Assembly (NCBI RefSeq): GCF_000143415.4 | Contig: NW_003314302.1 | Span: 578,258-642,257 of the forward strand | Length of the DNA stretch: 64,000 nt | Reading direction: 5' to 3' | Origin: Selaginella moellendorffii | Taxonomy: Eukaryota; Plantae; Lycopodiophyta | Part shown: positions 22,576 to 34,200 of the stretch, piece after piece | Numbering within the stretch: the stretch's first letter is position 1 | How the letters are laid out: each line of letters starts with the position of its first letter | Position numbers and translations under genes: made by a program | Notes under the pieces: generated by a model | Database searches by the model: none | Seen by the model: the letters and a program-made list of their open reading frames with translations, nothing else | What the model was told of the DNA's origin: nothing

Positions 22576-25500
22576 TGTTGCAAATGTGACTTTGGATATC
22601 GAAAGATACTTGTCAACTAGTCCTTACAGGCACTCTTTCCTTACTGCCATGACGGCAGGAGGTCGGTACTGCTGGTTCCCTTTATTGGCCCCTCTTGTCC
22701 AAGTGTTAGTAAACTAGACTTAGCAGCTGTACTTGGCCGAATGAGCATAAGGACGGAATTCCTAAGTGTCTATTTGGCCAAGCATACTTGGCCCGGCTTT
22801 TTAGTTCTCTTTTGCTCTGTCTTGCACTGGCTTGGCAAGAACCCTCGCGTATTAAGACTAGTCCCTCAATATCACCGGATGATAGCTTACCGTGTCTGCC
22901 AAACACCCTCACTATCACGCCCTTTGTGTTAGTCTCATTTCGGTCCCAAGTGCTATTTATGGAAAGTGTCTAGATTCACTCATTTGGCATGTCTACGGAA
23001 TGTAAAGGTCGGCCTGAACACAATGGTGTTCGTCCTGTGTCCAAATTTGCAATCTAAGGCCATTCCATATTTAGTAAGTTTCATACTTGTCCTAGAGACT
23101 AACTCCTGGTACTAAGGGTGGCTTAGGGTGAAAGCCCAAAGCGTGTGTTCCTCAAGGGGGGGGGGGGGGGGGGGGCTATGGGGGGTTCCAAATGTATAGT
23201 AGGGATAGTGGTTGGAATGCATGTCCGACCACTTGAGACATTAGTTTGGCTCCCGCTGGGCTGTGTTGCTCCTTGTTCTGCATCCAGCTTGGGTCTAAGC
23301 CCAAGCTCCACGCTGCTCTAGTCGGTGGAGTACCCTCCTTCTTGCATTAGGCCACCGGTATGCCAAAATTGTGCCAGACTCCATCTGACACCATTTTGCG
23401 TGCAGGTGCTGGATACGGGGAGCTGGTGCTCATGGGATTATACCAGACCCTCGTTCGTAGTGCAACGGGCTTGGAGTTCGGCTCCAAATTCAAGTGCGCT
23501 ACATTTGGTATCAAAGGAATTGTCTTAGCGATTTCTATCCAACTTTTGTCGGATTTTCTGACTCAAGTTGCATACGCAGAGACTTTTCTAGTAGATCCAA
23601 AGCGACCTGTGTAGGATTAGTTGGATAGCACCATTCTGTAAGAACGTTGTATGCATGTTCAGTTACTGATAGAGGCATGCATGCAGCTAGCAGGATGGTG
23701 AAGAGGAACCGTGTTGATGACGCTGAAACCTCTAGACGGGCGAATCGAGAGGAAGAAACTCCTGCTAGAGATGCTGTGGAAGAGGCAAAGGCTGAGTCAG
23801 AAGAGGAAGAGCCAAACGCTGCGGCACTGCAGCATACGGCTCAGGAAGTCGAGATCGAGAATTTGCAAAGGGAGATTTGCAAATTGAAGAAGGAGAACAA
23901 GAAGAGGAAGAAAGAAGATGAGGCAGTTAAACCAGCTAAGCCTAAGCAACCGGACTCCTCCTCAAGTTCTGAGGACGATGAAGTTCTGCAGCCACCCCCA
24001 GTTGCATGAGTTTCAAAGTTCAAGCCTCCGAAACCACCCAATTTTAGAGGCATGCGAGACTATTAGGTTTTGGAAGACTGGGTCTACGATATAGAGAACT
24101 ACTTCATAGCGGCAGACGTAGATGATCGTACAAAAGTTGCATGCACACAATCCTTTCTCACCGATCATGCCAAAACTTGGTGGCGCCAGGTGTGTGTTGA
24201 AAAAGGGCAGACTAGAAGTTGAACCAAGATGCAGTCTCGTATCCGTAAGGAATACTTGCCGGATGATCTTGGTCTGAGACTTCGCGCGGAGCTGCGGCGG
24301 TTAAAGCAGCGAGGGGATCTTATGCATTACGTTAATGCGTTTGCTTAGAAACGCATTATGATTGCAAATATGAGTGATGAAGATGCTCGGAGTTATTTTC
24401 TGGAGGGTTTAAGTTCACTTTCTCATAATGAGATTTTGAAGTTTAAGCCGAAGTTGTACCTAGAGTGCAAGGAGGCAGTGCAGCAAGTTGCCTTCAGTCA
24501 CTCGCTCATGGAACAATATCAGCAATCATATGTTGCTAACTCGGATAAGAATAAAAATTCTGGGAATAAGCAAGGTGATTGGAAACAAAGGGTACTGCCC
24601 TGGGGGCTCACAAGCTACGGTTAACAAAGGTGGTGGTGGTTGGAGACCACCAGCAGCTTCTTCTGGTCCTAGGCCCTCTATTCCTCCTCCTGGTGGGTAC
24701 AAGTAGCAACAATTTGCAAAACCTGCTCCTAGCGGAATGGGTAGTGTGGGTCATTGCTTCCATTGTGGAGAGTTGGGACATAGGTCCTCGAAATGTCCCA
24801 ACAAGCATAAGACAAGGTCTCGGGTTAATGTCATGAGGGAAGACGGTGGTGGTGAAGCTGAAGGGATTGACGAGTTGGTCAATGCAGACTATGAGGAAGA
24901 AGAGGTGAGTAACTTTCGTTGCTTTCCTCAAGTTTTTCTTGCAGTCAATGCAAACACTGATCTGTTGATGTATCTGGTAGGCTTTGTCTGTGGACACTGA
25001 ATCCGAGTGATGATTGACACGGGAGCTACGCACAGTGTGATATCCGAAGACTTAGTTAAGTTGTTAGGATTGAATGCTGAGCAAATGTCGCCTATGCACT
25101 TCCGGTTTGCGGAAGGTGGGCAAGTAGCCAGAAATTTTGTGAGTGATGTTCCAATAAAGATATCCAAGTGGAAAGAAAGAGTGGACTTGGTAGTGTTGAA
25201 GATACCAGATTTTCAGATGGTGTTTGGTATGGATTTCTTCAACAAGTATATAAAAGGGATTTATGGTGCTGGACAAAGTCATATCATGTTGAAGTCAGAA
25301 GGACGTCCTGATGTATCCTTTTAGTTGCAAAAGTGTTCCTCGACTGCGAGGGCCGCTCAAAAAGCAACTAAGAGGGGATGTCAGACCTTTTGGGTTCAAG
25401 TGATGGAAGCTGAGGGTGTTGGTGACTCAGTTCGAATCGGTGACGGGGTTGATCCTGTATTGGAGTTGTTGGTGAGGAATCAGGATATCTTCCCGAAAGA

Positions 25501-28500
25501 TTTGCCACCAGGGCTACCTCCTAGCTGTGAGGTTGATCATCGGATTGAAGTTATTCCGGGTTCTAAACCACCTACGAAAGCTCCATATCGGTTGAACATC
25601 AAGGAGATGGCTGAACTCAAGAAGCAACTCACGGAGCTTCTTGACAAAGGTCATATCCGACCAAGCAAGTCACCTTATGGAGCGCCAGTCCTCTTCGTTA
25701 TGAAAAAGGATGGAACCATGAGGATGTGTATTGGCTATCGGGCACTCAATAAGATCACGGTTAAAAACAGTTTTCCTTTGCCTCGCATTGATGACTTGTT
25801 TGACCAACTCTTAAAGGCTAAGTATTTTACGCGACTTGATTTGCGGTCCGGGTATCATTAGATATGAGTGGCAGATCAGGATGTGGAGAAGATAGCCTTT
25901 AAGACTCGGTATGGATCTTATGAGTTTCTTGTCATGCTGTTTGGGTTATGCAATGCTCCAGCAATGTTCAGCACTATGATGGATAGAATATTTGGAGATT
26001 ATTTGGATGCATTTGTTGTCCTGTATATCGACGATGTTCTAGTCTTCAGTGAAACGTTGGAGGATCATTTGAAACACTTGGAGTTAGTGTTTCAGAAGTT
26101 GCGCGAACACAAACTGTATGCTAAGGAAAGTAAATGTGCTTTTGGTCAATTGCGCGTAAACTTTCTCGGTCATATAGTTGGTGGTGGTGTGATTGAGGTC
26201 GACCCAAAGAAGGTGGAAGCGGTGAAGTCTTGGGAAGTTCCGACCACTGTATCTGATGTTCGTTCCTTTCTCAGTCTGGCGGGATACTATCGTAAGTTTG
26301 TCCGCAATTTTGCAAGGATTGCTCTTCCGTTGACTGAGTTGACGAAGAGTAGTATTCCATTTCATTGGACACCAGCTTGTTAGCGTGCTTTTGTATGGTT
26401 GAAGGAGATCTTGACTACAGTTCCTGTTCTCAGGATCCCAGATCCTTATAAACCCTTCGAAGTGCATTGTGATGCGTCTGGCTATGCTATCGGTGCCGTG
26501 TTGCAGCAAGATTGTGACAAAGCAGTTGGTGTTACGCTAAGGAGACATGGTTGTCTCGTTGCGTTCTATTCCAAGAAGTTGGATGAGACCCAACTAAGAT
26601 GGCCAACGCATGAGAAAGAGATGTTTGCTATAGTGTCGGCCCTAGAACACTGGAGACACTACTTGGGTGGACACACCAAGGTTTATATAGATAGTAACAC
26701 ACTAAGCTACTTTGCTATACAGCCTAAGCTTATGCCGAAGCAGGCTTGTTGGCAAGAGAAGCTTGCTAGATATGATATTGAAATCATATATAAACCTAGT
26801 AAGGACAATATTGTTCCGGACGCGTTGAGTTGTGTGGCTCAGTTCTGGGCAATATCGGCAATCAGTTCGGACTGGTTGGAGGACATTCGGGCTTCATATG
26901 GAAGTGATCCATTGGCGAAGGCAATCTTATGCCGTGCAGGGTTGTTGAAGCAGAGCCTTGGTAGCGAAGCAACGAAAGTTGCTAGTCGCACTAATGCGAA
27001 GCTTCACTTCTCAGTTCGGGATGGGCTTATATTCTATAAGCAAGAAAGATTGTATCTTCCCTCTAAGGATCTTCAGCAGTTATTTATGCGGGAACATCAT
27101 GATGTTCCAGCAGTGGGACATGGTGGACAGCGAAAGACTCTAGCTTCGTTGAAAAAGGGATTTTTCTAGTCTAATATGGAAGGTGATGTAGCGGACTATG
27201 TCCGTTCCTGCTCTATATGCCAGCAATGTAAGCGCAAAGCTGAGAAGTAGGCTGGAAAGTTGCAGTGCATTCTAGCACTGGTATGGCCATTTCAGAGTGT
27301 GACACTTGATTTTGTCACTTGCTTGCCAAAATCTAAGGGTTATGATACTTTGATGGTGGTTGTGGATTGGTTGTCGAAGATTGCACATCATTCCAACTGT
27401 GGAAACAGTGAATGTGAAACAAGCAGCAAAGCTCTTTTTCCATGAAGTAGTGCAGGTTTGTGGTCTTCCTGAAGAGATGATCTCGGATAGGGATTCGAGG
27501 TTTACGGGGAAATTTTGGGGCACACTATTCCAGCTGTTCGGTACCAAGTTGAAGTTTAGTATAGCTTATCATCCTCAAACTGCTGGGCAGACTGAATGCG
27601 TGAATGCTCAAGTTGAGGATTATTTGCGGTACTATGTCGCGGCGGACCAACGCGACTGGGTTGAGCATTTGGATACAGCAGAAATATGTTATAACAACAC
27701 ATTTCACAGCGCTATTGGCTGTTCTCCATGGGAGATGCTGCAAGGAAATGCTCATGGGGTGCCTCAACAAATCGCTGTACCAAAACCAATGGCCGAAGTG
27801 TTGGTCCCAGCCGTTGAAACTTATGCGGAGCAGCTACACCAAGGTTGGTCTAGAGCTATTGAGGCGATGGGCAAAGCTTAGGATAGGTATCAACGTGATA
27901 AGGATCAGCATCGTCAGGATGTATCCTATCAAGTGGGAGATCAGGTGTGGCTATCTTCCCAAAACTTGAATATTATGGGTTCTTTGTCTCGGAAGCTCTT
28001 GCCGAGATATGTTGGACCCTATCGGGTGTTAAAACGTCTTGGTGATGTATCCTATCGGTTGGATTTACCTACGGAGATGGCCAATGTTCATAGTGTATTT
28101 CATGCCAATTTATTGGCTCCTTACGCTATGGATGTTGCACGTCAACGAGAGATTCATCCACCGCCAGACGTTGTGGATGGTGAACTTGAATATGAAGTAG
28201 AAGCTATTTTGGATTCATGCTGGCTTAAATGTGCTAAACGTCGGGAGTATCTAGTTAAGTAGAAAGGTTACCCAACTTGTGAATCAACTTGAGAGCCTCT
28301 TAGTAATCTTACCCATGCTCATGAGCTTGTCACGGAGTATGAGAATAGTAATAAAGACTAGTTTTTGTAAAAATCTTGTAATAAATCTTGCAAATCAATA
28401 AAAAAATATATTTCTATAACTCAAAGTGTCATTTCTCTCATTCGATAGTACTTGGGTCAGTTTTGGCAGGCTGACTTCGGCACTTCGGTGCATGGGTCCA

Positions 28501-29898
28501 ATCCATAACCATGGGGATAACTATTATAGACTGATCACAAGTCCCTGCCTCTCTCTCGTTGACTCATTTTTGAAAAAGGGGGCGTGGTCGTGTAAACAAC
28601 TTCATCTGCCAGTTTATAATAGTTGTCTAAATCTTCCCGACGGGGTTGATTTCTTGCTCAGGGGAAGTTGGGCCTCTGGCCTTCTCCCTATATCCCTGTG
28701 GGCAGGGATGTATCATTCCTTTGTAAGCCGAGTGGTACTCGGAGCAGCAAGGGTGGCTAACTCTGTTAGTCATTTCCTTGTCGGTGATGGCTGGAGGGTG
28801 TCTGAGTCTTAACATCTTTGGATGTAGAGGAGAGGTCATTCCATAACTCATTTAAGTCGGTGTGTTTCCCACATAGTGTGCTTTCCGTTAACTTTCAGAG
28901 TTGTTTCCTTGATGGTTTGCTAGACTCGGGTATACATCGACGAGGACGTCGATCTTCCCCAAGGGGGGGAGAGTGTCGCGAATGTGACTTCGGGTATCAA
29001 AAGATACTTGTCAACCAATCCTTACAGGCACTCTTTCCTTACTGCCATAACGGCAGGAGGTCGGTACTGCTGGTTCCCTTTATTGGCCCCTCTTGTCCAA
29101 GTGTTAGTAAATTGAACTTAGCATCTGTACTTGGCCGGATGAGCATAAGGACAGAATTCCTAAGTGTCTATTTGGCCAAGCATACTTGGCCCGGCTTTTT
29201 AGTTCTCTTTTGCTTTGTCTTGCACTAGCTTGCCAAGAACCCTCGCGTATTGAGACTAGTCCCTCAATATCGCCGGATGATAGCTTACCGTGTCTACCAA
29301 ACACCCTCGCTATCACACCCTTTGTGTTAGTCTCATTTCGGTCCCAAGTGCTATTTATGGAAAGTGTCTAGATTCGCTCATTTGGCATGTCTACGGAATG
29401 TAGAGGTCGGCCTGAACACAATGGTGTTCGTCTCGTGTCCAAATTCGCAATCTAAGGCCATTCCATATTTAGTAAGTTTCGTACTTGTCTCAGAGACTAA
29501 CTCCTGGTACTAAGGGTGGCTTGGGGTGAAAGCGCAAAGTGTGTTCCTCAAGGGGGGGGGGGGGGGGGGACTGTGGGGGGTTCCAAATGTATAGTAAGGA
29601 TAGTGGTTGGAATGCATGTTCGACCACCTGAGACATTAGTTTGGCTCCCGCTGCGCTATGTCGCTCCTTGTTCTGCATCCGGCTTGGGTCTAAGCCCAAG
29701 CTCCACGTTGCTCTAGTCGGTGGAGTACCCTCTTTCTCGCGTTAGGCCACCGGTATGCCAAAATTGTGCCAGACTCCATCTGACACCATTTTGCGTGCAG
29801 GTGCTAGATACGGGGAGCTGGTGCTCGTGGGATTGTACCGGACCCTCGTTCGTAGTGCAACGGGCTTGGAGTTCGGCTCCAAATTCAGGTGCGCTACA
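22576..29898 (+). mobile_element. Element C: chromodomain-bearing Ty3/gypsy, full length, decayed
   Basis: LTRs 22576-23503 and 28974-29898, TSD GAGTC/GGGTC, PBS TGGTATCAAAG, PPT aagggggggagag. Gag CFHCGELGH, IDTGA, YIDD, RNaseH, integrase, chromodomain EYEVEAIL; many stops. Confidence 0.92.
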
Positions 29899-31243
29899 GG
29901 GTCTATAGCAACCGAGACTAGATGTCCCCATCATATGCACCACGTCCTTGGTGCCACTTGCATTAAAGGGTTTAAGTTAGATATGGCAAGCTTTCACTCT
30001 AAACAATTTAACTGTGCATCACGACTCTAGGGCATTCCCCACTTGGCAGTGTGCCCAAGCTAGTCTCCTCACTGGGACACCGAAATATGAGTGTCCTCAT
30101 ATTCCAAACCATCACCATGCCCTAATGATTTGGAACTCGAACCTAAGCACTATAGGGTTGGGATTCAAACCCAACCTTTGTATATGCATCTATAGATGGC
30201 ATCACCTAGGATGCCTGGCGTGACTCCTCATGTCAGTGCACCAATTTATACATAAAGCACACTACGAATCATAGCTTAGGAACTTAGTTCCTCTACACTA
30301 CCAAGTCCTCTCACTTGACAAGTCTATGATCATGCATGGACTCCTTCATGCTTAGCCCTATATGCTACCCTTTTTGAAATTAGCACCTTCAACTAGGGTA
30401 TTTGTTCCCCCAACTTGCCAACTTCGCTTAATTAGTCATCCAACCACCGTAACATGGTTCATGCATAAGCGTGAAAGTCCTTGACCGTTCAAAGTCATCC
30501 CTTTGAACACTCGGGAACTATTTCCCCAACCTTGATAGCTTTACCTTACGACAAGCTTCAAGACGACACTTTTGGTACGCCACTTTGATTTTGCACATTC
30601 TATGAACCTTTTACACTTGCCTTTTTAGGTACTAAACTACCCAAAATTGTCTTTGACAACCTTGAAGGAACTCTATCCCTTAGCTTGCCAAGGCTTCTTC
30701 TTTCATAAACTTTTTAATCGCCATATGGTTTAACATGGATAATTCCATATTTTAGACTCTCAATAGCATCACGGTAGCTAATAACAACATGCACAAGCAT
30801 CCACTAGATTCTCAACTCCCAACTCCCATAACCACCCTTGGTTATGCCCATCGATTCCTATGGTTTGGTTCTATCTCTTTACTACTTGCTTTTTGGCATC
30901 ACATATTTCCTTCGATTATGCTTCTCTAAACTAGGAGGATAACTTTGCACTTTTTACCATATCTTAGCAAGTATTCTTAAGGATGAACCTATTGAATAGC
31001 ATAGGGAGTGGTTCCTCAATCTGGGTATGCTCGCCTTGTAATCCTATACACCGGATTAACATTACTACATATGGGCCTTTATGTGCCTATTGCTAGTCTT
31101 GCCAAAATCCCTTTTTGGCTTTGTCCAATTTGGGTAGACGGCCTTCTCCTGTCTTTACAACTTTGACCATTTGGATAGCACCTCCTATCTGTCATTCGTT
31201 AAAGATTTAGTCCTTTAAGCCTTATCTAATGCCCTCACGACAC

Positions 31244-34200
31244 TGTAAGCCACAAATTTTTCCTTTCCAATTTGCCAGCTTACCTCGCCTATCCGACCAA
31301 CTCTGCCTTGGCTTGTGCTAAGTTCCCTCGCCAAGGTTCTCGCCTATGGTGCCAGCTCCTACTTGGTTTCAACTACTTACTGCACGAGCAACGGAGTGTT
31401 AGCCATCCATCTACGGATTCCCAAATCTCTCCCAATCCCCCTCCCCGGGTTAGACTGGACTTAAGGTTCGGCTACACTCCCCGCAGGCACAAGCAGCCAA
31501 GCACACCAAGCCTCCAGATTCCTAACACCCCAAGGTATCACAAGGCTTGATCATGGGACCCTCTAAATCCCAAGCCTTGGGTGCAGCACTTGCTTCGGGA
31601 CGTCGGGGCGAAACACCGTGGCCTAACGGCCCGGTATGGGTACCTCTACCCCCCCTCTTCCATCCCGAAGGAAAGGCCCAAGCCCCCGGAAGGGCGAGGA
31701 CCAATGAGCCACAAGGTACTCAAGTGGGGCACCACTCCACCTGGGCCGGGAGCACCGCAATCGGTTTCCCTTTCGGGAGTGGGAGCTGCTCTTGAGCACT
31801 TCCTTGGATGGCCCCTCCGGCACCAGCCAAGTCCATGCTCACTCCCACCCAAGGCCCCTCGGTCCCAGTCCCAACCTCAAGTCGGTTTGGAAGCCCAACT
31901 GGAGAGTCCCTTCTAAACTGGTTCCTGGACCTCACTATCCCTACTATACTTTTGGAACCCCCTGCAGCCCCCCCCCCCTGGGAGACGCACGCTTTGGGCT
32001 TTCACCCCTTGACCCGTATTAGTATTTGGACTTAGCCTCTGGCTCGATCTCGGACCCGATTTCGGATCCGACTTCGGATTCGGGTTCGGACTCGATCACG
32101 GACTTGATCTCGGACCCGATCTCGGACCCGACCTCGGACTCGACCTCGGACTCGGTCTCGGACCCGATTTCGGATCCGGACTCCGTCTCGAACTCGGTCT
32201 CGAACTCGGACTCGAACTCGGTCCCCGAGTCGGTCTCGGATTCGATTCCGGACTCTATCTCGAACTCGGTCCTAGAGTCGGTCTTGGACTCGATCCTCGA
32301 CTTGGTCCCATCCGATGAACTCTTTGTCACTTCGGTCAAGCTTTTGGGGATCCTTTAGCCTACGACATCTCGGGGAGTCGGTTCCTTACAACTCCACCAC
32401 CCATAGAAGAAGTTCGATGCCCACATCGAACGTCTCATTTTATCCTACGACTTGTTGTCCATGTCTCCGGGGGCATCCCCCCACTTAGCGGTGTGCCTAA
32501 GTTAGCCTCCCCGGCCAAGAGCCCATGACAACGGAATATAGGTGTCCCTATATTCCTCACCTCACCACGCCCTAGTATAGGGTCGGGACTTGAACCCAGC
32601 CTTGCTTTACTAGGGGGTTGGGACTCGAACCCAACCTCCGTAGAATACGTCTACGGATTCGACATCCCCGCAGGGAGTCGGGCGTAGTGCCCTACGCCTG
32701 GTCGACCTATCCAACCCATGCTAATTAGCTTACCTTTGGCGCGCCTTCGGGTCCCAACATATGCCATTTGCTCAACTTTGCAAATTGATAATTTTAATTG
32801 AATTTTGCATAAGTACATAAAGTTCTGCCTTGCAGAAATTCCTCCACTAGATCTCGAGCGTTCGCTAGGTTCTCCTCCGGTTCCCATGTTGCTTCGCAGT
32901 GTGGAAATCCTTTCCACTTCACATGGAACTCTCTCACCTCGCGTCCTTGTCGCTTGCTCTTGCGCGCATTGAGGATGGCCTCGACTTCGTATTCCTCTTC
33001 CCCTTGGATAACCTCAGGTAAAGGTCTCACTTGGTCCTTGCGAAGCGGATCCTCAAAGTACGGCTTGAGTAAGTTCACGTGGAACACTGGGTGCATCTTC
33101 CCCATCTCTCGAGGAAGTCGGAGTCGGTAAGCCACTTTACCGATTCGTGCCTCAATTTCATAAGGCCCCGCGAACCTGCTTAAGGAACTCAAGATCAATT
33201 CATTTACAGGAATACATGCGTCTTTACCTTTGGGTCAACTTTCGGCTGATCCAGCTTGGTAGTCTGAGGTTCTTGGTTTTCAGCCACACCTTCTCCCCAG
33301 CTTGGAACTCCACATCCCGACGCCTTTGGTTCGCGTACTTAGTTTGCCTTTGTTGAGCCCGTTCCAAGGAATCCCTCACTAGATTCCAAATGTTGAGTCT
33401 TTCCGCCGTGAATGCCTCCACTGCGGGTAACTCTCCATGATACTCGGCCACGCCGAGTTCCACAGGACCTTCAATAGCTCGCCCATTGATGACTTCCCAT
33501 GGACTCACCCCGATGCTTGAGTGTGGTGAGTTGTTATAACACATTTCCGCAAGTCCCAAATGACTTACCCAGTCGGTCTGGTCTCCCGAGACATAGCATC
33601 GCAAATAATCCTCCAGCTGCCTATTCACCCTTTCCGTTTGTCCGTCTGTCAAGAAGTGTTAGTGCCATCAATCTTGACTTAATACCCATTACCTGTCTGT
33701 GGGTGATAGGCTGTGCTGAATTTCAATTTGGTGCGATACTGTTCTAGGAGTGTCCTCCAGAACCTACTAGTGAAGATCTTATCTCGATCTGAGATAATCT
33801 CTTCCGGCCTTCCCCGCACTCGAACCACTTGTTCAAAGAACAGCTTCGCCACACCTTCCGCATCCACGTCCGTCGTGGTGGGTATGAAATGTGCCATCTT
33901 TGAAAATCGGTCCACCACCACGAATATCGCATCAAACCCCTCGCTTGGGGGTAGTCCCGTGATGAAGTCCATCGTAAGACATTTCCACGGGCGATCTGGA
34001 ATTGGGATGCTTTGCAACAAGCCCCCACTAGCCTTAGTCACGGCTTTGACCTGCTGACATGTTGGACATGTCTTTACATAGTCTTGGACGTCCTTAGCCA
34101 TATCTGGCCAATGGTACTTCCTCTTGAGTAAGCCCATCGTCTTGGGCACTCCGCCGTGTCCCGCAAGAGGTCCGTCATGACACTCTTCTAAGGCCACCTT

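Noticed and set aside
32700-32830. Third and fourth introns in element D after the chromodomain (AT-rich block and a GTAAG donor at about 32733)
   Set aside because: No convincing YAG acceptor at a workable distance and no conserved motif is restored; element C has a similar AT-rich patch after its stop.
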